From Desulfobulbus sp. (GTDB taxonomy: Bacteria; Desulfobacterota; Desulfobulbia; Desulfobulbales; Desulfobulbaceae): 26,312 nt of DNA. The stretch spans positions 1 to 26,312 of the forward strand of contig DRKH01000325.1 of assembly GCA_011051825.1 (NCBI GenBank). Reading direction: 5' to 3'. Under the pieces are notes generated by a model, which saw only the letters and a list, made by a program, of their open reading frames with translations, made no database searches and was not told the origin of the DNA. The position numbers and the translations under genes were made by a program. Shown piece after piece: positions 1 through 7,327 of this stretch; the first letter of the stretch is position 1; each line of letters starts with the position of its first letter.

Positions 1-2067
1 ATTGCCAAACTGACCCTGCCTGAATACGTGGACAGTTTTGCCGTCCTCATCCGGCGGCTCATGGTCATGGAGAACATCAATGTCCTCTTCGGGCTGATCT
101 GCATGGGAGAACGAACCTATCTGATTGCCCGCAGCCGGATCCCGGAAGTCAATGTCGGTCGCATTGCCCGTGAGTTCGGCGGCGGCGGTCACGCCTCGGC
201 GGCCTCGGCCACTATTCGGAATATGACCGTATTCGAGGCCGAGGAACGGCTGATTCGCCTGCTGCACCAACACATCCGCCCCAGGGCCATAGCCGGGGAG
301 CTCATGTCCGCCCCGGTCCTGGCCGTTCCACCGGAAACCACCATTGACGAGGCCAACAACCTTTTGACCCGCTACAACATAACGGTCCTGCCGGTGGTTC
401 GCCGGATGCCGGGCGAACACGACCGAGACCAGCCATCGGAACTGCTGGGCATGATCTCAAGAAGGGTGGTGGAAAAGGCAAAATTCCACAAGCTCGGCCA
501 CCTTCCGGTTTCCGACTACATGACTACGGAAATCGCCACCCTGCCCGTCACCGCAACCCTGGCCGACATCCAGGAACTGATAATCGAACACCGGCAACGG
601 CTGATTCCGGTCATGAATGGAGAGGATATCCTCGGGGTTATCACCCGGACCGATCTGCTCAACCTGCTGGTCAATGATCCATCCCATCTCCCGAAAAATC
701 TGCTGCAGGAAGATGAACATCCGTCAGTGGAACGAACCCGGAACCTGAACCGACTGATAGTCGACAACCTGGACCGAGACATTGTTCTCCTGCTGAGAGA
801 CGTGGGAGAGACCGCCGCGGCCCTGGGCTATGACGCCTTTGTGGTGGGGGGCTTTGTCCGTGACCTGCTGCTGCAGATCGACAATCTGGATATCGACATC
901 GTTATTGAAGGCGACGGTATCCGCTTTGCCCGGAAACTGGCTGCCAGACGCAATGGTTCGGTACGGACCCATGAAAAATTTGCCACCGCAACCGTCATCC
1001 TGCCCGACGGCAAACGAATCGATGTGGCCACCGCCCGCCTGGAATACTATGAATACCCTGCGGCCATGCCCACCGTGGAGCTCTCCTCCATCAAGCTTGA
1101 CCTGTACCGAAGAGATTTTACCATCAACGCCATGGCCATCCACCTCAATCCGGACCGCTTCGGCACTCTGGTCGACTTCTTCAACAGCCAAAACGATCTC
1201 AAGGAACGACGGATCCAGGTTCTGCATAATTTGAGTTTTGTCGAGGATCCCACCCGCATATTTCGGGCGATCCGTTTTGAGCAGCGGCTGGATTTCCGCA
1301 TCACCCGCCATACGGAAAAATTGATCAAAAATGCAATCAGCATGAACCTGTTTGATCATTTCTCCGGAGTTCGTTTTTTCGGCGAACTCAAACAGATCCT
1401 GTCGGCGGACAACCCTCTGCCCGCCCTGCGGCGGATGAATGACTTTTCGCTCTTCCCCTTTCTCTGGCCCGACCTGCGTCCCAACCTGAAGATCGACCGA
1501 CGCTTTGTCCATGTCATGACCCAGGCTTCCCGGGCGGTTTCCTGGTTCCGGCTCCTGTACCTGCGTAAACCCTGTATGTTCTGGGCGGTCTATATCCTTG
1601 CCATCATGAGCCGTTCGCGGGTCAAAGAACTGATCAACTTCTGTACCCGGTTTGAAGTCCCGGACAAACAGACTAAAATGCTTCTTCGCCAGAAAACCGA
1701 GGGAGAACGGATTGCCGGCGAGATGCTCCGCCGTCCGTACATGAAGCCCAGTGAAATCTACTGGCTGCTGCTGGATCTGGAGAACGAAGGCCTGCTGTAT
1801 CTGATGACCATTGCGCGGAAAAAATACATTCAGAAGGCGGTCTCCCAGTTTGTGACCAGCCTCCGCGACACCACCCCGCTGGTCAGCGGCAGGGATCTGC
1901 AGAAACTCGGCTACCCCCCGGGACCGCAATTCCGCACCATGATGAACCATGTTCTCGAAGCCCAGCTGAACGGGACGATTCGAACAAAAAAAGAAGCGCT
2001 GGCCCTTGTCAAATCCAGCTATCATCCTTACCCGTCAAAGAAGAGCAAGAAACAGGGAGAGCGGTGA
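1..2067 (+). CDS. DHHA1-CBS-CBS-nucleotidyltransferase; tRNA nucleotidyltransferase (CCA/A-adding type), 5' partial
   Basis: The frame is open from base 1. It has a DHHA1 motif (FGGGGHASAASA), two CBS-like repeats and class II nucleotidyltransferase motifs (VVGGFVRDLL..DIDIV, RRDFTINAMA, EDPTRIFRAIRF). This architecture matches the A-adding enzymes of organisms with split CC/A activity. Confidence 0.9.
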   Translation: MAKLTLPEYVDSFAVLIRRLMVMENINVLFGLICMGERTYLIARSRIPEVNVGRIAREFGGGGHASAASATIRNMTVFEAEERLIRLLHQHIRPRAIAGELMSAPVLAVPPETTIDEANNLLTRYNITVLPVVRRMPGEHDRDQPSELLGMISRRVVEKAKFHKLGHLPVSDYMTTEIATLPVTATLADIQELIIEHRQRLIPVMNGEDILGVITRTDLLNLLVNDPSHLPKNLLQEDEHPSVERTRNLNRLIVDNLDRDIVLLLRDVGETAAALGYDAFVVGGFVRDLLLQIDNLDIDIVIEGDGIRFARKLAARRNGSVRTHEKFATATVILPDGKRIDVATARLEYYEYPAAMPTVELSSIKLDLYRRDFTINAMAIHLNPDRFGTLVDFFNSQNDLKERRIQVLHNLSFVEDPTRIFRAIRFEQRLDFRITRHTEKLIKNAISMNLFDHFSGVRFFGELKQILSADNPLPALRRMNDFSLFPFLWPDLRPNLKIDRRFVHVMTQASRAVSWFRLLYLRKPCMFWAVYILAIMSRSRVKELINFCTRFEVPDKQTKMLLRQKTEGERIAGEMLRRPYMKPSEIYWLLLDLENEGLLYLMTIARKKYIQKAVSQFVTSLRDTTPLVSGRDLQKLGYPPGPQFRTMMNHVLEAQLNGTIRTKKEALALVKSSYHPYPSKKSKKQGER

Positions 2068-2107
2068 AAAACTCATTTCACCCGCCTCCTCTTCAACGTA
2101 TATTTTT

Positions 2108-2315
2108 GTAACTGGTCACAGGATTTGTAACCATGTGTTTTTACCTATTTTAAATCCGTAAGTGTTCAGGGGTGCCGTAGATTCGTGCAGGCGTGACTGG
2201 CCGCAGGTAAGCGGAGCGTAGCGGAGACTCCGATAGCCCTTCTATGCGGGCGGTTACGACCGTGCGAAGAGGTAAGCGAGGGACGAGACTCCGTGCGGTG
2301 CCCCTGAACACTTAC
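2108..2315. mobile_element. IS66-like MITE copy E1 (208 bp)
   Basis: Flanked by an 8-bp direct repeat ATATTTTT (2100-2107, 2316-2323). Inner end GTAAGTGTTCAGGGG (2158-2172) is the exact reverse complement of 2301-2315. Outer end GTAACTGGTCACA is at 2108. Internal GTAAGCG units are shared with other copies. Confidence 0.8.
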
Positions 2316-2352
2316 ATATTTTTTTCAGATCTGAATTCCGGAGGTAAAAAAA

Positions 2353-2544
2353 ATGGCAAAACAAGTAGCGATAGATACCGATGAATGCATAGGCTGTGAG
2401 ACCTGTGTCGAACTGTGCCCGGAGGTATTCGCCTTTGACGAGGACGCTGAAAAGGCGCATGTGATCAAAGCAGAAGGCGGGGACGAAGACTGTATCGACG
2501 AAGCGGTCGGCTCCTGCCCGGCCGGCTGCATCTCCTATGAATAA
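2353..2544 (+). CDS. Single-cluster [4Fe-4S] ferredoxin
   Basis: CxxCxxCxxxCP (CIGCETCVELCP) plus a distal CP; acidic 63 aa; SD GGAGGT at 2340-2345. Confidence 0.95.
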   Translation: MAKQVAIDTDECIGCETCVELCPEVFAFDEDAEKAHVIKAEGGDEDCIDEAVGSCPAGCISYE

Positions 2545-2557
2545 TCTCAAGTAACTA

Positions 2558-2593
2558 TCTTCCCGGCATCCACCATCAGGAACGCCGGGAAGA
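2558..2593 (+). terminator. Hairpin after the ferredoxin gene (possible terminator or processing stem)
   Basis: Perfect 10-bp arms TCTTCCCGGC / GCCGGGAAGA with a 16-nt loop; no immediate U-tract. Confidence 0.45.
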
Positions 2594-2626
2594 CCACTCC
2601 CCTTTTTAATCTGACACCTGAATTTA

Positions 2627-3247
2627 ATGGATATTAATCACTTTATACAACAAATCATCATCCTGGCACCGCCGTTCCTGCTGGCCCTGACCTTTCACGA
2701 ACTGGCACATGGCTATGTGGCATGGAACCTGGGCGACCCAACGGCCAAGAATGCCGGACGCCTGACCATGAATCCACTCAAGCACCTGGATCCATTGGGG
2801 GTCATTGCCTTCATCATTATGAAAATCGGCTGGGCCAAGCCGGTGCCGATCAATCCCAACTATTTTAAAAATCCGCAAAAGGGTATGCTGCTGGTTGCCC
2901 TGGCCGGACCGGCGGCCAATGTCATACTGGCTGTTGCCAGTGCCATCCTGGTCAAAATTCTTTTAGCTGTGCCGATTATCCCCATGTTTGTCCTTAAACC
3001 CCTGGTCGGCATGCTGGTGGCAAGCGTCTGGATCAATATCATGCTGGCGGTCTTCAACTGTCTACCGATTCCCCCGCTGGACGGCTCCAAAGTCCTGATG
3101 GGGATTCTGCCTGCGCAGACGGCACGCAGTTATGCAAAGCTTGAGCCTTTTGGATTTATCCTGCTGCTGGTCCTCTTTTACACCGGCGTCATCTCCAAAG
3201 TCATTATGCCCGTTATCAACTTTGCCAACGGCCTGCTCCTGGGCTGA
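2627..3247 (+). CDS. Site-2 protease family (M50) membrane metalloprotease
   Basis: HELAH (HExxH), NCLPIPPLDG motif, several hydrophobic segments. Confidence 0.93.
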   Translation: MDINHFIQQIIILAPPFLLALTFHELAHGYVAWNLGDPTAKNAGRLTMNPLKHLDPLGVIAFIIMKIGWAKPVPINPNYFKNPQKGMLLVALAGPAANVILAVASAILVKILLAVPIIPMFVLKPLVGMLVASVWINIMLAVFNCLPIPPLDGSKVLMGILPAQTARSYAKLEPFGFILLLVLFYTGVISKVIMPVINFANGLLLG

Positions 3248-3281
3248 AAATACAAAATTTATCCACCACGATACCGGGAAG

Positions 3282-3453
3282 AATATCCCATCCACACTTT
3301 TCTTTTGAAACATCCTCCGACTCGTGGCCTTGAGATCGTTCGTATTGCAACACCGCCTGCATTGCCAGCTGTTTCACCCTGGCCCGGGCAACAGGATCAG
3401 CAGCCCATTGAGGAATATTTTTCCCGTTTCAGGTCAAGCAACCCCTGAGATAT
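3282..3453 (-). pseudogene. 3' remnant of an SNF2-type helicase with C-terminal DUF3883 (frameshifted, truncated)
   Basis: Minus strand translates as ISQGLLDLKREK, then after a frameshift NIPQWAADPVARARVKQLAMQAVLQYERSQGHESEDVSKEKCGWDI. This resembles the 'IPQGLL...ADPEARARVERLAMEAVM.YER..G....DVS.EKCGYDI' region I recall from helicase-DUF3883 proteins. No start codon; missed by the ORF track. Confidence 0.7.
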
Positions 3454-3521
3454 GTTGACTTTTGTTTCTGTACCGAAACTTGACAGCATTAAATAAATCT
3501 GTCCCCTTTTTCACTTCTTTT

Positions 3522-3791
3522 TCACTTTTTCGTCTTTTTTCGTCTGTGGCCGACAGCCAAGACCAAAATAACTATTTTTTCCTGTTGAACTTCACAGATC
3601 AGGCGATAATCACCGACACGATACTTCCACAGACCTGATAATGACCGGCGCAATGGATCGCCATACCTTTGCGGATCCTCAGCAGTTTCAATGCGTTTCT
3701 TGAGATATTTAAGAATGTCCCTTTGCGTTTGCTTTCCAAGCTTATCGAGTTGCCTCCTTGCTGTCTCAGAGAATTTAACCTGCCAGATCAA
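3522..3791 (-). CDS. RelE/ParE-family toxin (TTG start overlapping the antitoxin end)
   Basis: WQVKFSETARRQLDKL...LSGLWKYRVGDYRLICEVQQEKIVILVLAVGHR is typical of RelE/StbE. The C-terminus is atypical (see findings). Confidence 0.88.
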   Translation of the reverse strand: MIWQVKFSETARRQLDKLGKQTQRDILKYLKKRIETAEDPQRYGDPLRRSLSGLWKYRVGDYRLICEVQQEKIVILVLAVGHRRKKTKK

Positions 3792-4002
3792 GTTCTTTCT
3801 CCACTTCATCCAGAGTGTAAGTCTTTTCCTGGCCCTTGCGGATACGCTCAAGAGTTTTTTCGGCTAAATAGACTTCTTCCATTTCATCGAGTTGACCCAA
3901 GATTGCCTCTTTAATATAAAACGCTTTTGTCCTTCCTGTTGCGGCAGCAAGATCATTTAATCTTTGTTCTGCCTCTGCGGGTAATCGAACTGAAGTAGGC
4001 AT
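3775..4002 (-). CDS. RHH (CopG/RelB-like) antitoxin
   Basis: MPTSVRLPAEAEQRLNDLAAATGRTKAFYIKEAI ribbon-helix-helix pattern, acidic C-terminus ending TLDEVEKELDL, SD AGGAGG, directly upstream of the toxin. Confidence 0.88.
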   Translation of the reverse strand: MPTSVRLPAEAEQRLNDLAAATGRTKAFYIKEAILGQLDEMEEVYLAEKTLERIRKGQEKTYTLDEVEKELDLAG

Positions 4003-4025
4003 ATGAAGTTCCTCCTGACTAAATG

Positions 4026-4078
4026 TGTATTCATAGTATCGCTTGTATTTATTGTATTCACTCTAACGGGCGTGTCAA
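4026..4078 (-). promoter_or_regulatory. Sigma70-like promoter of the TA pair with putative RHH operator repeats
   Basis: Minus strand TTGACA (4078-4073), 16 nt, TACAAT (4056-4051). Three TGTATT direct repeats at 4026, 4044 and 4053 overlap the -10 and start region. Confidence 0.6.
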
Positions 4079-4079
4079 C

Positions 4080-4280
4080 TTATTCTTGTATATAATCAGG
4101 TTGGGGAGAGTTGGAGGTCAACTGCAAATTGGTTAAGGCACTTTCTTTAAATCGTCTGGCAAGATCCCTGTCCGGAACATCATGCCCGCCATGGCTTACT
4201 CGTTCTGCAACCCGCAAACGTGACATTTCCACATCTGGTAAGGCGAGATAGATCGCCACTGGCTCATATCCAAGCCCCAC
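4080..4280 (-). pseudogene. C-terminal fragment of a zeta-toxin-like/AAA_33 P-loop kinase
   Basis: GYEPVAIYLALPDVEMSRLRVAERVSHGGHDVP...RRF matches the lid region of zeta-like P-loop proteins. There is no Walker A and an in-frame stop lies immediately upstream. Confidence 0.75.
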
Positions 4281-4953
4281 TCACAAGAGTATTGGGTCGA
4301 ATTTGTGATTTCGACCAATGTTCGTTAACCGCCTGAATAAAAGCGGGACGAACTAATTTTGCGCGACTGACAAGCCGACCATCACGTTCATATCGAAGAT
4401 AAATCCCTTCGGCAGGCTCTGATGACAACTTGGAACATGCCAATAATTCTTCTAATTCAGGAAATGAAAAATGGCCGTTGGCAAGTAACGGGACAGCGGG
4501 GATACCTGCTTTTTTTAAGAGATTGTCCCTTTTCTTTACAGGCCAGAAGTTCCTCGTCTTCTTTTCGAGGACATCAAATCCTAAAAACCAGCTTGGAAGT
4601 TTGCTGTAAGAAACGGAATGCCTGGCATAGCACCATTCACCAAAAAGGATCAACCGATCCTCTAACGCATCAAAAAGAAGATCTGCTTTAACATGCAGCC
4701 AATCGGGCAGTTTTTTCCATTGACCAGTAAACGGTTTGTCGAGGTAACCGCCTCGGTTTTGTAGAAGAAGATTGCCCCCTTTATCAAAGGAAATCCCAAG
4801 ATTTGCCCCATCAATTTTTTCTTCAACAATGAGTTTGTGACGTAAAAATTCTTTCCGTTGTTCTTCATCCAAGACCTTATCTCCCCTGATAGACACTCCG
4901 GGAAGAACTGCCAAGTGAGGTGTAGACGGAAATTTAATAAAATTACGCACCAT
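4264..4953 (-). CDS. ATP-dependent RNA ligase family protein (adenylyltransferase domain only)
   Basis: N-terminal KFPSTPHL; motif I EEKIDGAN; QNRGG; III FGEW; IIIa FLGFDV; IV EGIYLR; V RAKLV. Confidence 0.9.
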   Translation of the reverse strand: MVRNFIKFPSTPHLAVLPGVSIRGDKVLDEEQRKEFLRHKLIVEEKIDGANLGISFDKGGNLLLQNRGGYLDKPFTGQWKKLPDWLHVKADLLFDALEDRLILFGEWCYARHSVSYSKLPSWFLGFDVLEKKTRNFWPVKKRDNLLKKAGIPAVPLLANGHFSFPELEELLACSKLSSEPAEGIYLRYERDGRLVSRAKLVRPAFIQAVNEHWSKSQIRPNTLVSGAWI

Positions 4954-5488
4954 CTTGAACCATCTTCTCCTGATATTTCTTTTTAACGTAATCCGGACAA
5001 AGGAAAATCACAGCAATCCCAACATCGTTTAAGGCATCTTTCCACCCCCACCACTTACTGTCAGTTGCCTGAAGAATAGGCGGTTTTTCAGGGTGGGCAT
5101 TAGCTACAGCGACAAATTTTCGATCAGAGATATCAAACTCTTGTAAATCATCGTGGTTAGGGAATTCTTCGTAGGAATCGTCTCTTTTGGTAATACTCAC
5201 TCGATCTTCATCCAACAAATAATATTGGTAATCATGAACCCATTTCATGAAGTGATCACCAATTCCAGGTTGACCACTCATGGAAAGTTGTTTCCGATAT
5301 TCATCGAAAATATCATTTTCATCATCTAAAATAAGCTTTCCACGGCCCGATGTCACATGCTCTACTGCCTTAATACATGCGTCAACACAATCCACAAGCT
5401 CATCAACAATATTCATTGGATCTTTGGCAAGATTGGCGACGACCGGAACGTTGGTATCAACAATACATTTTGAAGGCAGACTATTCAT
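4943..5488 (-). CDS. PIN-fold putative ribonuclease
   Basis: Acidic tetrad in PIN-like order: IVDTNV, FDEY, DISDRKFVAVA, ILQATDSK. 181 aa; overlaps both neighbours. Confidence 0.7.
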   Translation of the reverse strand: MNSLPSKCIVDTNVPVVANLAKDPMNIVDELVDCVDACIKAVEHVTSGRGKLILDDENDIFDEYRKQLSMSGQPGIGDHFMKWVHDYQYYLLDEDRVSITKRDDSYEEFPNHDDLQEFDISDRKFVAVANAHPEKPPILQATDSKWWGWKDALNDVGIAVIFLCPDYVKKKYQEKMVQDGA

Positions 5489-6905
5489 TGTTGACCGTAT
5501 CCACTTTATTTTTAATCATTGCCTTTCTTTTGAGCATAGCCGCTTTTGCCTGGGCTGTAATATCCCCCATCTCGTCACCGAAAAAATTTTCCGGCCAATT
5601 AGTGATATTACCAAAAAGATCAATCTGCAGTGGTTCTAATTTTGCTGGGGTTTTTGAGGCCATCGCAAAATAAGCAGATACATCTTTCCGAGATATTTCT
5701 TTAGGTTTTTTATTTTCTGCAATACGTCGTTGTAGTCTGCGGAGAAAATGTTCTGAATGGGTTTCGATGATAAGCTGAATATTTCTGTCTTTTCCATTTT
5801 CCCGAGAATTTATGACATCAATAAAAACATCAGCCAAAGCGGCCTGGGCACTGGGGTGCAGGTGTATCTCAGGTTGTTCAATGATGATAATAGAACCCTG
5901 CGGAGCATAAAAGCACTGTACCAGTACAGGTAAAACCTGTGAGATGCCAAAGCCGACATCAGGCAAGTCAACAAAATCATGTGATCCTGTTGTGCACACT
6001 TTAACCTCATATTCCTGGCGGGTTTCAGAAATTGGATTGACTTTAAATTTTTCAATCAATCCCATTTCCTTCAATTTTTCGGCGATGAGTTGCATAAATG
6101 GTTTTGCCTGACGTTTATAGCCCAAGCTGATTTTTCTCTCTTGAGCCGCCAGCATTGCAGCAACAGCATTTTCTCCGCCATAACCCACATCTTCGGGAAT
6201 AATTCCAGCCCAGGAATAAAGGCGTTCTGTTTTGGTTCGCAAAGGGCCAAGATAAAAAACTGACTGAAAAAGTTTTTCCTGTTCAAGGTTTAAGGTTTGG
6301 ACAAAATCTGCATTTTTGTAATAAGCAACTACTTCATCAGGAAATCCATAAAAACGAACCGTTGTTGAGGGATACCATACCCGGCCTGGGTTACGTTTAA
6401 GTTGATAGTCTTCGGCTATCACCTCATATTCAATCTTGGAACTTTCGCGACGATTCATACCAATAGATAACGAAATATTATTTCCTTTTAAGAGCGAATA
6501 GTTAAAGCTGTCCAGCACAACAGTATGGTGGTCTTCGCCTGTCATTCCAACGGTGGCGCTAAAGGACAATTGTTTCCCTTGGTATTGACTTCCCGACAAC
6601 GGATCCTTGAATTTAATATTTTTCCTTAAATCCCAAGTATATTCAAAGCTAATTTTGTTATCTTTGTTTCTGTGATAGACCATTTCCAGATAGGATCCTA
6701 ACTGGACAGCTGTATTTTTCCCGCCAGGATAAAATATCGCTTTTCGGTCTTGAGAATCGACTGTTTGCCGAAGCATCATCAACAATTGACCGATACTCGA
6801 TTTTCCGGAGCTATTGGTTCCAAAAAAGAGAGTAATCGGTGCCATTTTAATAGGATCCGTATCCTGCCAGTTTTTAAAATTTTTAATCCGCAGTTCTCTT
6901 AACAT
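5481..6905 (-). CDS. ABC-type ATPase, AAA_21/AbiEii-like with C-terminal DUF3696
   Basis: Walker A GTNSSGKS, signature GFGISQ, Walker B/D-loop IIIIEQPEIHLHP, H-loop IETHSEH, C-terminal IDLFGNITNWPENFF. Confidence 0.92.
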   Translation of the reverse strand: MLRELRIKNFKNWQDTDPIKMAPITLFFGTNSSGKSSIGQLLMMLRQTVDSQDRKAIFYPGGKNTAVQLGSYLEMVYHRNKDNKISFEYTWDLRKNIKFKDPLSGSQYQGKQLSFSATVGMTGEDHHTVVLDSFNYSLLKGNNISLSIGMNRRESSKIEYEVIAEDYQLKRNPGRVWYPSTTVRFYGFPDEVVAYYKNADFVQTLNLEQEKLFQSVFYLGPLRTKTERLYSWAGIIPEDVGYGGENAVAAMLAAQERKISLGYKRQAKPFMQLIAEKLKEMGLIEKFKVNPISETRQEYEVKVCTTGSHDFVDLPDVGFGISQVLPVLVQCFYAPQGSIIIIEQPEIHLHPSAQAALADVFIDVINSRENGKDRNIQLIIETHSEHFLRRLQRRIAENKKPKEISRKDVSAYFAMASKTPAKLEPLQIDLFGNITNWPENFFGDEMGDITAQAKAAMLKRKAMIKNKVDTVNNE

Positions 6906-6915
6906 GTTATCCGCC

Positions 6916-7198
6916 TTATTTTATCCCAACCCGTTCCTGAAAAGTCTTTTCACTGCTGTCCCCCGACACAGCAAAATCATATTCATGCAGGACTCTCCGC
7001 AGCTCTCTCAGTTGTCTGGCTACACCCTTGAGGTACTCAATGGTCTTTGTTTCCAGTTGAAAGCCGCAATATTCTTCATCATCCTTCTTTACAGGATTAT
7101 CCCAAGGGACTTCATTATATTATAACGATATCCTGTTCCAGCTGGTCTGCAAGGTAATTCAGATAAAATTCCTCGTGATTAACATGGCAGCCGCTCAT
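6916..7198 (-). pseudogene. Small hypothetical gene (about 93 aa) disrupted by a +1 frameshift
   Basis: SD AAGGAG then ATG at 7198: MSGCHVNHEEFYLNYLADQLEQDIV. The reading continues in another frame as YNEVPWDNPVKKDDEEYCGFQLETKTIEYLKGVARQLRELRRVLHEYDFAVSGDSSEKTFQERVGIK*. Span is 283 nt = 94 codons + 1. Confidence 0.7.
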
Positions 7199-7327
7199 TG
7201 TTTTTCTCCTTTAACTTGTGCACTTGGTTTCGTACAAGTCATGCATGCCACGATACAGACTTGTGCAGTGTACAAGTATACATGTCCCATGTCCGGGAAA
7301 TGGAAATGTGGCAAATAACCATTGTGT

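Noticed and set aside
724-2025. 433-aa minus-strand ORF, and similar long antisense ORFs (e.g. 17781-18533, 19489-20229, 21643-22560, 22785-23390)
   Set aside because: Shadow frames of GC-rich genes with clear family motifs on the other strand; no motifs of their own.
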